A stretch of DNA of 64,000 nt. Origin: Candidatus Staskawiczbacteria bacterium (GTDB lineage Bacteria > Patescibacteriota > Minisyncoccia > Minisyncoccales > Staskawiczbacteraceae). The stretch's first letter is position 1, and the number at the start of each line of letters is the position of its first letter. The stretch lies in NCBI GenBank assembly GCA_023245155.1, contig JAHFKV010000001.1, forward strand, positions 11,034 to 75,033, written 5' to 3'. The notes below the pieces were generated by a model. That model saw only the letters and a program-made list of their open reading frames with translations. It did not search any database and was not told the DNA's origin. The translations under genes were made by a program, and so were the position numbers. This document shows positions 40,366 to 49,190 of the stretch, piece after piece.

Positions 40366-41113
40366 TCACCACCAGTTTTTCCTTGCCCAAACCTTGCATA
40401 CTGGGCATAGAAATCCCTAATTCTTCCTGCCAAAATTCTGTTTTAGAAAGTAAATCAATAATCCAGGGCAAATGGCCATCTTGGCTTAGCATAACCCCAT
40501 CGCCAGCGAGCAACGGATATAAATATTTCAAACAGGTTTGGGTTGAAGAAGCCAGATCCACATCAATATATGCTGTTACTACCGGCCTGGTAAAACTTGG
40601 CATGGTGGCGTCAAAAAAACCTTTGATAAATTCACAGCTTTCCAGGTGACCAAACCGGGCCACATTTTTTTTCACTTCTTCCAATGACCCCAGGTAACTC
40701 CCCTTGGGGAAATAAGCATCACCGCCAAATATGTTTTTGCCGTGCTTTTCCTGGTGACCAGGAATACCTTCAAAAGAATCAAACACGACAAACTTCCTTT
40801 GGGCGATGTGCGCCGCTAAACTTATTTTGGCCGTACTGCCCCCCTTAAATGAACCCGCTTCCACAATCACTCCTTTGGTGGCGGCGGGCATAGAAAAAAT
40901 ATGGTACATCACTTTTATCATTTCCCCCTCCATGTGCGGACAGTTAACAGAATACGATATGCGGTAGCACCGCCAAACCAACCAGAATTTTTGCCAAAGG
41001 CTAACCGGGGTTGATGGTTTTAAAAAAATAAACCGTGCGATAATTGGCACATCGTACGGCAGCGCGCGCGTTTTCCGGTATAGGTAATGAATAGGCCAGG
41101 GGATATTTTTCAT
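40355..41113 (-). CDS. TylF/MycF-like class I SAM-dependent methyltransferase
   Basis: VIVEAGSFKGGST ... VVFDSFEGIPG pattern. Confidence 0.6.
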   Translation of the reverse strand: MKNIPWPIHYLYRKTRALPYDVPIIARFIFLKPSTPVSLWQKFWLVWRCYRISYSVNCPHMEGEMIKVMYHIFSMPAATKGVIVEAGSFKGGSTAKISLAAHIAQRKFVVFDSFEGIPGHQEKHGKNIFGGDAYFPKGSYLGSLEEVKKNVARFGHLESCEFIKGFFDATMPSFTRPVVTAYIDVDLASSTQTCLKYLYPLLAGDGVMLSQDGHLPWIIDLLSKTEFWQEELGISMPSMQGLGKEKLVVIRK

Positions 41114-41787
41114 GAGGTTTTCCGCACCATAATGAATGGTGTCATTTCGTCATCCTGGCCCATGGGATTGTCCAGTAAAATCAGCCGGGCTGTTTTTTTA
41201 TCAACGGGCATACCGCTGCTCTGTGCGATAATTTTTACATTAATATTATTGCCATCAATAATAACGGTGGGCATGCCAAACTGTTGCTCAATGTCGCGGC
41301 ATACTTTTTGGGGGTCTTTGGGCGGCAGCACGGCGTATTCAGTGTAAGGATACATGGAATCTGGGTTAAAGCCATCAATTTCGGAAACGCGATTACCCGC
41401 CACTCGCCAAAAAATACCCTTGATACCAATCACTTTGCCCAGGGCGCCTAAAATAATGGCAGCCACCATGCGCCCCCTGCCAGACATTTCAACGGCAACC
41501 TGCATCTTCTCTGCCTTTGAAAAACCAATATCGTTAGGATATTTTTTTACAAACTTTACAATCAGCTTGGCTAAAAAACCGGCTTTTACGGTTGATATGT
41601 GGCGTACATTATTTTGGCAAACGGAAACTACCTTTTCAGAAATAGCCAGCCAATCACCCGGCTTCATATTAGGTAAAACATATTCTTCAATCGCTTTACA
41701 TAGGTCATCGCCAAAATGCAAAAGGCGGGTTTTAACCGCTATGCGTTCGTAATTGACACCATTAACTGCTCGATGCGGGTTCATCAA
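41110..41787 (-). CDS. CofE-like (F420-0:gamma-glutamyl ligase family) protein
   Basis: general similarity pattern (GDWLAISEKVVS ..., C-terminal LLDNPMGQDDE); assignment tentative. Confidence 0.45.
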   Translation of the reverse strand: MMNPHRAVNGVNYERIAVKTRLLHFGDDLCKAIEEYVLPNMKPGDWLAISEKVVSVCQNNVRHISTVKAGFLAKLIVKFVKKYPNDIGFSKAEKMQVAVEMSGRGRMVAAIILGALGKVIGIKGIFWRVAGNRVSEIDGFNPDSMYPYTEYAVLPPKDPQKVCRDIEQQFGMPTVIIDGNNINVKIIAQSSGMPVDKKTARLILLDNPMGQDDEMTPFIMVRKTS

Positions 41788-41790
41788 TTT

Positions 41791-42993
41791 TTAGTAATAA
41801 TCTTTTACTTTCTTTAAATCGTTGTGCCGGCGTAATTTTTCCAGCGCTTTGGCCTGAATTTGCCTGATACGTTCGCGGGTTACCCCGAATTCATCGCCCG
41901 TTTCTTCCAGGGTATGCATAACGCCGTCTTCCAATCCAAAGCGCATGCCCAAAATTTTTAATTCCCGGCCGGTCAGCTCGCTGGAAATTTCTTTTAAGCG
42001 ATCTTTAAGGAGTCTTCTGGCGGCTTCAGTGTTGGGTGCGATGCTTTTATCATCTTTAATGAATTCTGCCAGCACGCTGTCTTGCTTGTCTTTATCTTCG
42101 CCAATCGGGGTTTCCAGGGAAACCGCTTTCTGGGCGATTTTCCTGATGTGATGCACCTTTTCCACATCCAGCCCCATTTCCGCTCCAATCTCTTCAGCTA
42201 AAGGTTCCCGCCCCAATTCTTGTAACAAGGAACGGCGGACTTTTGTGTATTTTGAAATCGTTTCAATCATGTGCACGGGAATTCTAATGGTACGGGCCTG
42301 GTCAGCCAAGGCCCGGGTGATACTCTGGCGGATCCACCAGGTGGCATAGGTTGAAAATTTATAACCCTTGCGCCAGTCAAACTTTTTAACGGCTTTGAAC
42401 AGACCCAAATTCCCCTCTTGAATTAAATCCAGCATCGTTAAATTGGGCGACCGTCCCACATATTTTTTAGCAATAGAAACCACCAGGCGCAGGTTAGCCA
42501 GGGCCAATTTGTCTTTGGCATCTTCTTCGCCATGCTCAATGCGTTTGGCCAGTTCTTTTTCCTCTTTTGCCGACAAGAAGCTGCTCCGCCCAATTTCTTT
42601 TAAGTAAATCTGGATCGGATCAATTTTGCCAATAATGGGTTTTTTATCTTTCTTGCCTTTTTTACCCACCAACTGTAAAAATTCCTGAGTTTCTTTAATT
42701 TCAATACCCCTTTCTCGTAGCATGTCGTAAATACTTTCCAAGCCCTCAATATCATACTCAATATGGGGCACAATATTCAAAACCTCGGCGGCGGTTACAA
42801 ACCCCCGCTCAGAACCTTTTTTAACAATGGTGTCAATTTGTTCTTGAGAAATTTTCGGCCCGCGTTTCCTTTTGATTACCTTTTTGGCGGCAACTTTCCT
42901 TTTCGTAGCCCTTGGTTTTCTTTTGAACACTTTTTTCTTCTTTGGCATGAGGTTATTGTTTAATAGCGTGAAACTTTTTGGCCTCTTTTTCAA
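41791..42993 (-). CDS. rpoD: primary sigma factor RpoD
   Basis: regions 1.2-4.2 present ([39 protein letters not shown]); start may be the MPKKKK at 42948. Confidence 0.95.
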   Translation of the reverse strand: MKKRPKSFTLLNNNLMPKKKKVFKRKPRATKRKVAAKKVIKRKRGPKISQEQIDTIVKKGSERGFVTAAEVLNIVPHIEYDIEGLESIYDMLRERGIEIKETQEFLQLVGKKGKKDKKPIIGKIDPIQIYLKEIGRSSFLSAKEEKELAKRIEHGEEDAKDKLALANLRLVVSIAKKYVGRSPNLTMLDLIQEGNLGLFKAVKKFDWRKGYKFSTYATWWIRQSITRALADQARTIRIPVHMIETISKYTKVRRSLLQELGREPLAEEIGAEMGLDVEKVHHIRKIAQKAVSLETPIGEDKDKQDSVLAEFIKDDKSIAPNTEAARRLLKDRLKEISSELTGRELKILGMRFGLEDGVMHTLEETGDEFGVTRERIRQIQAKALEKLRRHNDLKKVKDYY

Positions 42994-44524
42994 ATTCTTT
43001 AATTAAATCTTGCTTTTTTTGTTCATCCATTTCTTTAGAAATGGTTTCCACCATGGCTTTTTGGAGGTTTTTTGATTCCAGTTTTCCTAATTCTAAGATG
43101 CATAACTCAAGTTCCTTTTTTTCTTCTTCATTTTCAGTCCCTTCCAGCGATAAAATCCGTTGTTGCAATAAGCGTTTTCTCTGTTCTTGCCCTCGCAACA
43201 TTTGGGCGGGAGCAGAATCTTGGTGGCGCACCTTTTCTCCTTTTACTTTTGCCAATTCCTGCGCAACTGCTTCTTGTGTTGTCTCCAGTGTTGCAGCCAA
43301 CTTTTGCACCCAGAAATTCTGCTCAATGGTATTTTGCAACCGTTTAATAGCCGGCAGTACCACGTTAGCAATATCTTTTTTTCCCTGCGGAGTTTTAACG
43401 TTAAAATGGACTAACGCCGAATCCAAGTAATAATCCATAATACCTTTAGCTCCCGCAACTGCTTTTTCCCAAATACTCTTGTCTTGTAAAATAATATCGG
43501 CGGGGTCAGATTTTTCGTGGCCATCTCCGTAACTCCCAATAATTTTTATATTAAACCCCTGCTCTTGGGCGTTATTAATCCCCCGTTTCGTCGCGTTATC
43601 TCCCGCCACATCCATATCAAAGGCCAGCACCAAATTTTCAGAATACCGTTTTAAAATCGCCAAATGCTGGGTAGTAAGCGCAGTTCCGGAAGCCGCCACC
43701 GTATTTTCAAACCCGGCTTGGTGAGCCAGAATCACATCGGTGTAGCCCTCTACCACAACGCACTGGTTTTGCTTGCGCACGGCTAGCTTGGCGCTGTTTA
43801 ATCCATACATCACCCCCGATTTATCATACAGCAACGTTTGGGGAGTATTGATGTATTTTGCTGTTTCTCCCACTTGCCTGAAAACGCGTCCGCCGAAACC
43901 CACCACTTGGCCGTTCAAATCAAATACGGGAAAAATGATTCTGCCACGAAACCGGTCATACGAATCATTGCCATTCTCTTTCTGTATCGCTAAACCGGCT
44001 TTAATCACTTCTTGGCGGATATATCCTTTGCCCACCAAAAAATCTGACAAGCTGTTCCACAAATCCGGCGAATAGCCAATGCGCCATTTTTTAATGCTTT
44101 CTGAAGTAATGCCCCGGCCCAATAAATATTCTTTCACCTCTTGTCCTTTGGCACTGCCTTCCAATTGTTTTTGGTAAAATGCGCAAGCTAGCTCGCAGAT
44201 TTCATGCAGACGAGTGCGCTCGGTGCGTAACTGCACATTTTCTCGCTTCAGTTGTACGCCGGCTTTGGCCGCCAATATGCGCAGGGCATCGGCAAATTCC
44301 ACGCCCTCAATTTTCATAATAAAGTCAAAAATAGAAAATCCGGCCCCACAACCAAAACAATGCCACATTTGGCGGCCCGGCGAAACAAAAAAAGAGGGTG
44401 ACTTTTCAGAATGGAAAGGGCAAACCCCGCGGTAATTGACTCCTGTTTTAGTAAGCTTCATGTAGCTGCCCACAACATCTAACACGTTCAGCTTATTTTT
44501 GATTTCCTCAACTTGGGAGTCCAT
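42953..44524 (-). CDS. dnaG: DNA primase
   Basis: [11 protein letters not shown] zinc ribbon, TOPRIM EGYTDV; start at MDSQVEE. Confidence 0.93.
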   Translation of the reverse strand: MDSQVEEIKNKLNVLDVVGSYMKLTKTGVNYRGVCPFHSEKSPSFFVSPGRQMWHCFGCGAGFSIFDFIMKIEGVEFADALRILAAKAGVQLKRENVQLRTERTRLHEICELACAFYQKQLEGSAKGQEVKEYLLGRGITSESIKKWRIGYSPDLWNSLSDFLVGKGYIRQEVIKAGLAIQKENGNDSYDRFRGRIIFPVFDLNGQVVGFGGRVFRQVGETAKYINTPQTLLYDKSGVMYGLNSAKLAVRKQNQCVVVEGYTDVILAHQAGFENTVAASGTALTTQHLAILKRYSENLVLAFDMDVAGDNATKRGINNAQEQGFNIKIIGSYGDGHEKSDPADIILQDKSIWEKAVAGAKGIMDYYLDSALVHFNVKTPQGKKDIANVVLPAIKRLQNTIEQNFWVQKLAATLETTQEAVAQELAKVKGEKVRHQDSAPAQMLRGQEQRKRLLQQRILSLEGTENEEEKKELELCILELGKLESKNLQKAMVETISKEMDEQKKQDLIKEFEKEAKKFHAIKQ

Positions 44525-44605
44525 GTATAGAGACATTATGCCATACCAGACACCAAAAAACAACCTGGCATGGCTTCTTGTTTTTTATATTAGCAAAATT
44601 TCCAG

Positions 44606-45019
44606 CTACGATAATTTTTTAGCAATTTCTTTGAGTTCTTCAAAATCCGCTTGCGGTAAGTGGAGTGTGGTAGCGGGGTGTACATCAAGGCCATCATTTT
44701 TATATCTTGGGATAATATGCAAATGAAAATGCATAATATCCTGGCCGGCCACCCTGCCATTTGACTGCGACAACCTAATGCCATCAGCTTTAAGGATATC
44801 CCTTATTCTAATAGAAAGCTTTTTCCCGGCCACAACTACTTTCTGCAGTGCGTTTTCAGAAATTTCAAATACATCTTCAGCATGCTGTTTGGGAATCACC
44901 AAAGTGTGGCCTTTTGTTGCTGGCTTAATATCTAAAAACGCAAGTACATCATCGTCCTCATACACTTTAAGTGAAGGAATTTCCCCGGCAACAATCTTAC
45001 AAAAAATGCAGTCGCTCAT
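44606..45019 (-). CDS. HIT-family protein
   Basis: HFHLHIIPR histidine triad. Confidence 0.9.
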   Translation of the reverse strand: MSDCIFCKIVAGEIPSLKVYEDDDVLAFLDIKPATKGHTLVIPKQHAEDVFEISENALQKVVVAGKKLSIRIRDILKADGIRLSQSNGRVAGQDIMHFHLHIIPRYKNDGLDVHPATTLHLPQADFEELKEIAKKLS

Positions 45020-45825
45020 TTTATTCTATACGTTAACGTCACCGTTACATCCACTTCCTGCTGCCCTGTTTGAATCGATGGCGCCACAGAATCTTTGGCC
45101 ATCGGCGAAGCCAGACCCGTCGCATACATTGGTTGGGGATAATTATTGTAACCTTCAGAAATGTTGACAATCTTTGCGCCAGACAATCCAGCCGCGTCAA
45201 ACATACTGGAGGCTTTTTCCTTGGCTTGCTTGATGGCATCGGCGCGAGCTTCGGATTTTACCTTTTCCATATCATCCACCGTAAACTGCAAACTGCCGGT
45301 TGTGTTAGCTCCATTTTTTGTCGCGCCGTCCAAAATGGCATTAATGTTATCAAAATTCCTAATCTTTACCTGAATTTTTTGATCCAACGAATATCCCACA
45401 AAAACCTGCCCACCATTTTGTGTGTAATTATATTTTGGCTGCAAATCATAACCAACGGTTTGAATGTCTTTGTCCGCAACCCCCAACCCCTTAGCTGCCG
45501 CTGTCACCGCATTCATAATAGTATTATTTTGGCTAACCGCATCCTGACTTTTAATAGCCTCGGTGTGCGCACCAAAAATAATCAGAGCTACATCTGGTTT
45601 AGCATAGGCCCGACCATCACCGCTTACCGTAATTTCATGCGGAGCATTTTGGGGCAACGCGTTGAATGAATACCACAAATACCCGAGACCAAAAACAGCC
45701 ACTACACTAATCATCGCAATGGGCAATTTATACATCCTGTCCGACAAATCTAAAATATGTTTTGTTTCTGTTTCCACGGTTTTAAAAAATTTAATTATAT
45801 TACCTTCTTTATACCAAAATTCCAC
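45016..45825 (-). CDS. SIMPL (DUF541) domain protein
   Basis: TM anchor then ITVSGDGRAYAKPDVA start of the SIMPL domain. Confidence 0.7.
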   Translation of the reverse strand: MEFWYKEGNIIKFFKTVETETKHILDLSDRMYKLPIAMISVVAVFGLGYLWYSFNALPQNAPHEITVSGDGRAYAKPDVALIIFGAHTEAIKSQDAVSQNNTIMNAVTAAAKGLGVADKDIQTVGYDLQPKYNYTQNGGQVFVGYSLDQKIQVKIRNFDNINAILDGATKNGANTTGSLQFTVDDMEKVKSEARADAIKQAKEKASSMFDAAGLSGAKIVNISEGYNNYPQPMYATGLASPMAKDSVAPSIQTGQQEVDVTVTLTYRIK

Positions 45826-46442
45826 TAAAAGCCAAGTGTTTCTCCTACAATAATCATTCGCACCTTGCGGCCCATCATTGGATTTTCCCGGTTAAATACC
45901 AGCACCTTTGAGGGAAAAGTATGCACCCCATACTGCTTCATCAGCCGCACATCCTCCAAGGGAATCACATACTCATTTAACCGCTTGAATGCTTCATCAA
46001 TATTTGGCACTATTTTTTGCGCACCAACCACAAAAATTAAGCTGGCCGAAGTAAAAGTAATGTGCGGCAATTGGCTGCCGCTGTTGGAAGCAATCAAAAA
46101 TTGTCCCGTTTCTGCCAGCGCGTGTACACTGCCCAAATAATAATCCGACAACACCGCTTGTTTCCGCAGGCCAGCTTGTTTGACTGGATCCTTCTCCACC
46201 AAAATTCCATCGTGTAAATTATTCCAGCCATGCTTGCCCCCTTTTAAATAATCCACAAATCCAATTTGTTCCAGCGTCACCGAAGAGCCATTCATTACAG
46301 AGACACCCACGGGAATCAATTCTTTAATTTTTTCCAGCGCCACTGCGCCATTTTCCACAAAAATTCCCTCCACCCCATTTAGAGCTAAGTTTTTAATGGT
46401 TTCATCAATTATTTTTTTATCCGCCAAAGCAGTATAGTCCAT
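45825..46442 (-). CDS. LUD (lactate-utilisation B/C-like) domain protein
   Basis: overall pattern, IFVVGAQKIVP segment. Confidence 0.6.
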   Translation of the reverse strand: MDYTALADKKIIDETIKNLALNGVEGIFVENGAVALEKIKELIPVGVSVMNGSSVTLEQIGFVDYLKGGKHGWNNLHDGILVEKDPVKQAGLRKQAVLSDYYLGSVHALAETGQFLIASNSGSQLPHITFTSASLIFVVGAQKIVPNIDEAFKRLNEYVIPLEDVRLMKQYGVHTFPSKVLVFNRENPMMGRKVRMIIVGETLGF

Positions 46443-46447
46443 AGTTT

Positions 46448-47122
46448 TTAATTCTTAATAGTTTCAATTACTTTACCATCGTCAATCCTCACAATTTTTT
46501 GCGCCATTTTGGCGTACTGTTCTTCGTGCGTCACCATAATAATGGTTTGGCCTTCGGCGTGCAATTCCTGAAAAATTTCCATGACAATCGCGCTCGATTC
46601 GTTATCCAAATTGGCGGTTGGCTCGTCTGCAAATAGAATAATCGGATGATTGGCAATTGCCCGGGCAATGCTGACACGCTGCTGCTCCCCGCCGGAAAGT
46701 TGGCTGGGTAAATTATTCAGCCGATGCGACAATTTCACTTTTACCAACGCATTTTTGGCACGAGTATAGGCTTGTGCTTTTTCCATATCTTCCATTAACA
46801 GTGGCAACACCACATTTTCCAACGTTGTCAGCTCTGGTAACAAAGCATAGTCCTGAAACACGTAACCGCATTTTTTCAATCTAAATTCCGTTTTTTCTTC
46901 CGGTTTCATGTTGTGGGCATGCTTTCCATCAATAATAATTTCGCCGCTGGTTGGTTCATCCAGCAAACTCATTTGATAAAGCAGAGTACTTTTCCCCGCG
47001 CCGCTTCTACCCATAATGGCAATAAATTCCCCTTGAGCTGCCTTAAAATCAATGCCTTTTAGCACATTGGTAACTTTATCCCCGTCGGTAAATGATTTGG
47101 TTAATTGTTTAGTTTGAATCAT
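46448..47122 (-). CDS. ABC transporter ATP-binding protein (MacB/LolD type)
   Basis: [24 protein letters not shown]. Confidence 0.93.
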   Translation of the reverse strand: MIQTKQLTKSFTDGDKVTNVLKGIDFKAAQGEFIAIMGRSGAGKSTLLYQMSLLDEPTSGEIIIDGKHAHNMKPEEKTEFRLKKCGYVFQDYALLPELTTLENVVLPLLMEDMEKAQAYTRAKNALVKVKLSHRLNNLPSQLSGGEQQRVSIARAIANHPIILFADEPTANLDNESSAIVMEIFQELHAEGQTIIMVTHEEQYAKMAQKIVRIDDGKVIETIKN

Positions 47123-47136
47123 ATGTTATGAGAAGA

Positions 47137-47165
47137 TTGATAATGCTAATTTTTTATTATATGAT
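47137..47165 (+). promoter_or_regulatory. candidate sigma70 promoter of island-3 ORF
   Basis: TTGATA-17 nt-TATGAT. Confidence 0.5.
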
Positions 47166-47207
47166 AGATTAAGTTTAGATTAAGTATTCCCAACTCCGAG
47201 GAGAACT

Positions 47208-47384
47208 ATGTTCAGACAAATCCTTTCTGTGATTTCGGCAGTGGCAGCCGTGATCCTACTGATCTGGACCCTGGGAAACACAGAGCCAGACAGCCTTGCA
47301 AGGTGTCTCAGCGTAGGAGGCGAGGTTGTACTGATAGGCGGTTATGCCGTCCTTGCGGGAAAGCATGCTCGGTTCTTAAGTTAA
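47208..47384 (+). CDS. 58-aa hydrophobic peptide in GC-rich island 3
   Basis: not in the track; GAGGAG SD 5 nt upstream; MFRQILSVISAVAAVILLIWTL...VVLIGGYAVLAGKHARFLS; terminator follows. Confidence 0.55.
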   Translation: MFRQILSVISAVAAVILLIWTLGNTEPDSLARCLSVGGEVVLIGGYAVLAGKHARFLS

Positions 47385-47406
47385 GACCTTGCTATCATTC
47401 ACTCAG

Positions 47407-47440
47407 GCCCACACGAAACTCAAGTAGTGTGGGCTTTTTT
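47407..47440 (+). terminator. rho-independent terminator of island-3 ORF
   Basis: GCCCACAC-12 nt loop-GTGTGGGC + T6. Confidence 0.8.
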
Positions 47441-47462
47441 CTTGCATAATTTTCAATCCACA

Positions 47463-47641
47463 TTTGCGAATCGGTGTGAGTTCTGAAAGTAACTCTCGGA
47501 GGCGATTTGGCACGGTCGGTGTGGTGTAATAATTCGACAGAATTAGTATACCACACCGCAAATCGCCGAGAGCGTAGGGCAAAAAATCTCGCTGGAGATT
47601 TTTATGCCCGGTACTTTCACGGGCTCACATCGGTTCGCAAA
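47463..47641 (+). repeat. three-way-junction structured repeat, copy B (candidate ncRNA)
   Basis: same core as copies A and C; 18-bp outer helix with two G-T pairs. Confidence 0.85.
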
Positions 47642-47642
47642 C

Positions 47643-48896
47643 CTAATTCCTCCCCAAAATACTATCCAACGTATTTTTTCTGACAATCATTCTACTTGGA
47701 ATATATCCTGCAATAATAGTGGAAATAATCAACAGGGCCATGCGCACTAGGGTTTCCCCCAGCGGCGCCACTAAAATACCATCGGAAAAAGGAAAATTAA
47801 TGGGGTGAGCCACAAATAAAGGGACTAAAACCACGTATACCAAAATCAGCCCCACAATTGACCCCACTAGCGCGTAAAAAATTGACTGAAACATATACGA
47901 AAACTCAATCGCTTGGCCATTAATGCCAATGCCCTTTAAAATACCAATAAATTTGCGGCGCGTCAGCGCATTAATAAAAATCACAATAAAAATAGTAATG
48001 GAAGAAACCACCAATCCAATGCTACTTAAAAAGTTTCCCAAAGTTCTAAAGGTGGCCACAATATCTTTTAAAAACTGCGGCTGGGCGTCGGCATAGGTTT
48101 GCACTTTAGCGGATTTATCAATACCGGCCAAAATTAACTTTTGCTTAAAAGCAATCGGGTCCACGCCATTTTTTAACACAATGGCAATTTGGCCCACGTT
48201 GCCATCATCCCGCCCAATTAAACTTTTCACTTCCGAATCAATCATAAAAATTCCGCGCCGCACATTGTCCACTTTACTGCGTAAAATGCCTTTCACCGTC
48301 ACCTCGCGCATGACACCATTCACACTAATCCTAATTTTAGTCCCCACGTACACATTTTTTAATGACTGAAAATCCGGGCTATCAATCGCCACATATTGCT
48401 TAAGCAAAAAATACCCCACCAAAACTTTATCATAATCATTGGGCGTCAAATAATTTCCTTCCAGCATATGACCCGAAAGGCCGGTGACCGAATTTTCATC
48501 CGCCGGGTTTATGCCAATTAATTGGGCCGAGGCGGTGTTGGCTTTGTCAGTTTCTTTTTTGGTTTGGTAATTGGCTTCCACCAAAGACCCGCTGGTATAA
48601 CGCGCGGAAAAAGACTTCACATCCGGCATATCTTTTAAAATATTTATAATATTCGGACTGCCTTCAATGTAAGCTTTGTTGTCCAAACTGGAAATAATTA
48701 CATCACCCGTAAATTGAGCGTGATAGGCCGCAATTGACCCTTCAATTAACCCCACCAAAATTCCGCTCACCACCACCAAATTCAAAAACGTTAAAATCAT
48801 CACAAACACAATCAGCCCCGTAGTCCAAGGGTTTGATCTTCTAATCTGCCTCCAGGCAAGAAAGAAACCGATTTTGATGTTTAAAAGTATTGACAT
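47643..48896 (-). CDS. ABC transporter permease (FtsX/MacB type)
   Basis: 417 aa, N-terminal TM, large periplasmic domain, C-terminal 3-TM FtsX domain. Confidence 0.88.
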   Translation of the reverse strand: MSILLNIKIGFFLAWRQIRRSNPWTTGLIVFVMILTFLNLVVVSGILVGLIEGSIAAYHAQFTGDVIISSLDNKAYIEGSPNIINILKDMPDVKSFSARYTSGSLVEANYQTKKETDKANTASAQLIGINPADENSVTGLSGHMLEGNYLTPNDYDKVLVGYFLLKQYVAIDSPDFQSLKNVYVGTKIRISVNGVMREVTVKGILRSKVDNVRRGIFMIDSEVKSLIGRDDGNVGQIAIVLKNGVDPIAFKQKLILAGIDKSAKVQTYADAQPQFLKDIVATFRTLGNFLSSIGLVVSSITIFIVIFINALTRRKFIGILKGIGINGQAIEFSYMFQSIFYALVGSIVGLILVYVVLVPLFVAHPINFPFSDGILVAPLGETLVRMALLIISTIIAGYIPSRMIVRKNTLDSILGRN

Positions 48897-48917
48897 TTTA
48901 TAAATAAATGATAGTAT
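48890..48917 (+). promoter_or_regulatory. candidate sigma70 promoter of island-4 ORF
   Basis: TTGACA-16 nt-TAGTAT; the -35 overlaps the permease start codon. Confidence 0.5.
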
Positions 48918-48958
48918 TTAATTAGTTTCCCGACACCCCCCACTCAAGGAGAAACGTC

Positions 48959-49123
48959 ATGAAGCAGGTAGCCATCCCCCTCGACGAACGAAAGTGGCAA
49001 ATCATCATTGCCGCGCTGAAAATCGCAGCCCGTTCCGGCAATTCCAGAATGGGCAGGGAGGCCCAGGAACTGGAAACTGAAGTTGCGGAGGCCCTTAAGA
49101 AGGTGCCCAAAGAAGAAAAATAA
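48959..49123 (+). CDS. 54-aa charged helical protein in GC-rich island 4
   Basis: not in the track; AAGGAG SD; MKQVAIPLDERKWQIIIAALKIAARSGNSRMGREAQELETEVAEALKKVPKEEK. Confidence 0.55.
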   Translation: MKQVAIPLDERKWQIIIAALKIAARSGNSRMGREAQELETEVAEALKKVPKEEK

Positions 49124-49146
49124 TCAAAGCCTTCTGCGATCAACAG

Positions 49147-49173
49147 AAGACTCGTGCGCCCGCGAGTCTTTTT
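49147..49173 (+). terminator. rho-independent terminator of island-4 ORF
   Basis: AAGACTCG-8 nt loop-CGAGTCTT + T-run. Confidence 0.75.
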
Positions 49174-49190
49174 CCTTACAAATTTTCAAA

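Noticed and set aside
48922-49143. 73-aa minus-strand track ORF in island 4
   Set aside because: It has no SD or promoter. The opposite strand has a promoter, an AAGGAG SD, a plausible 54-aa protein and a terminator.
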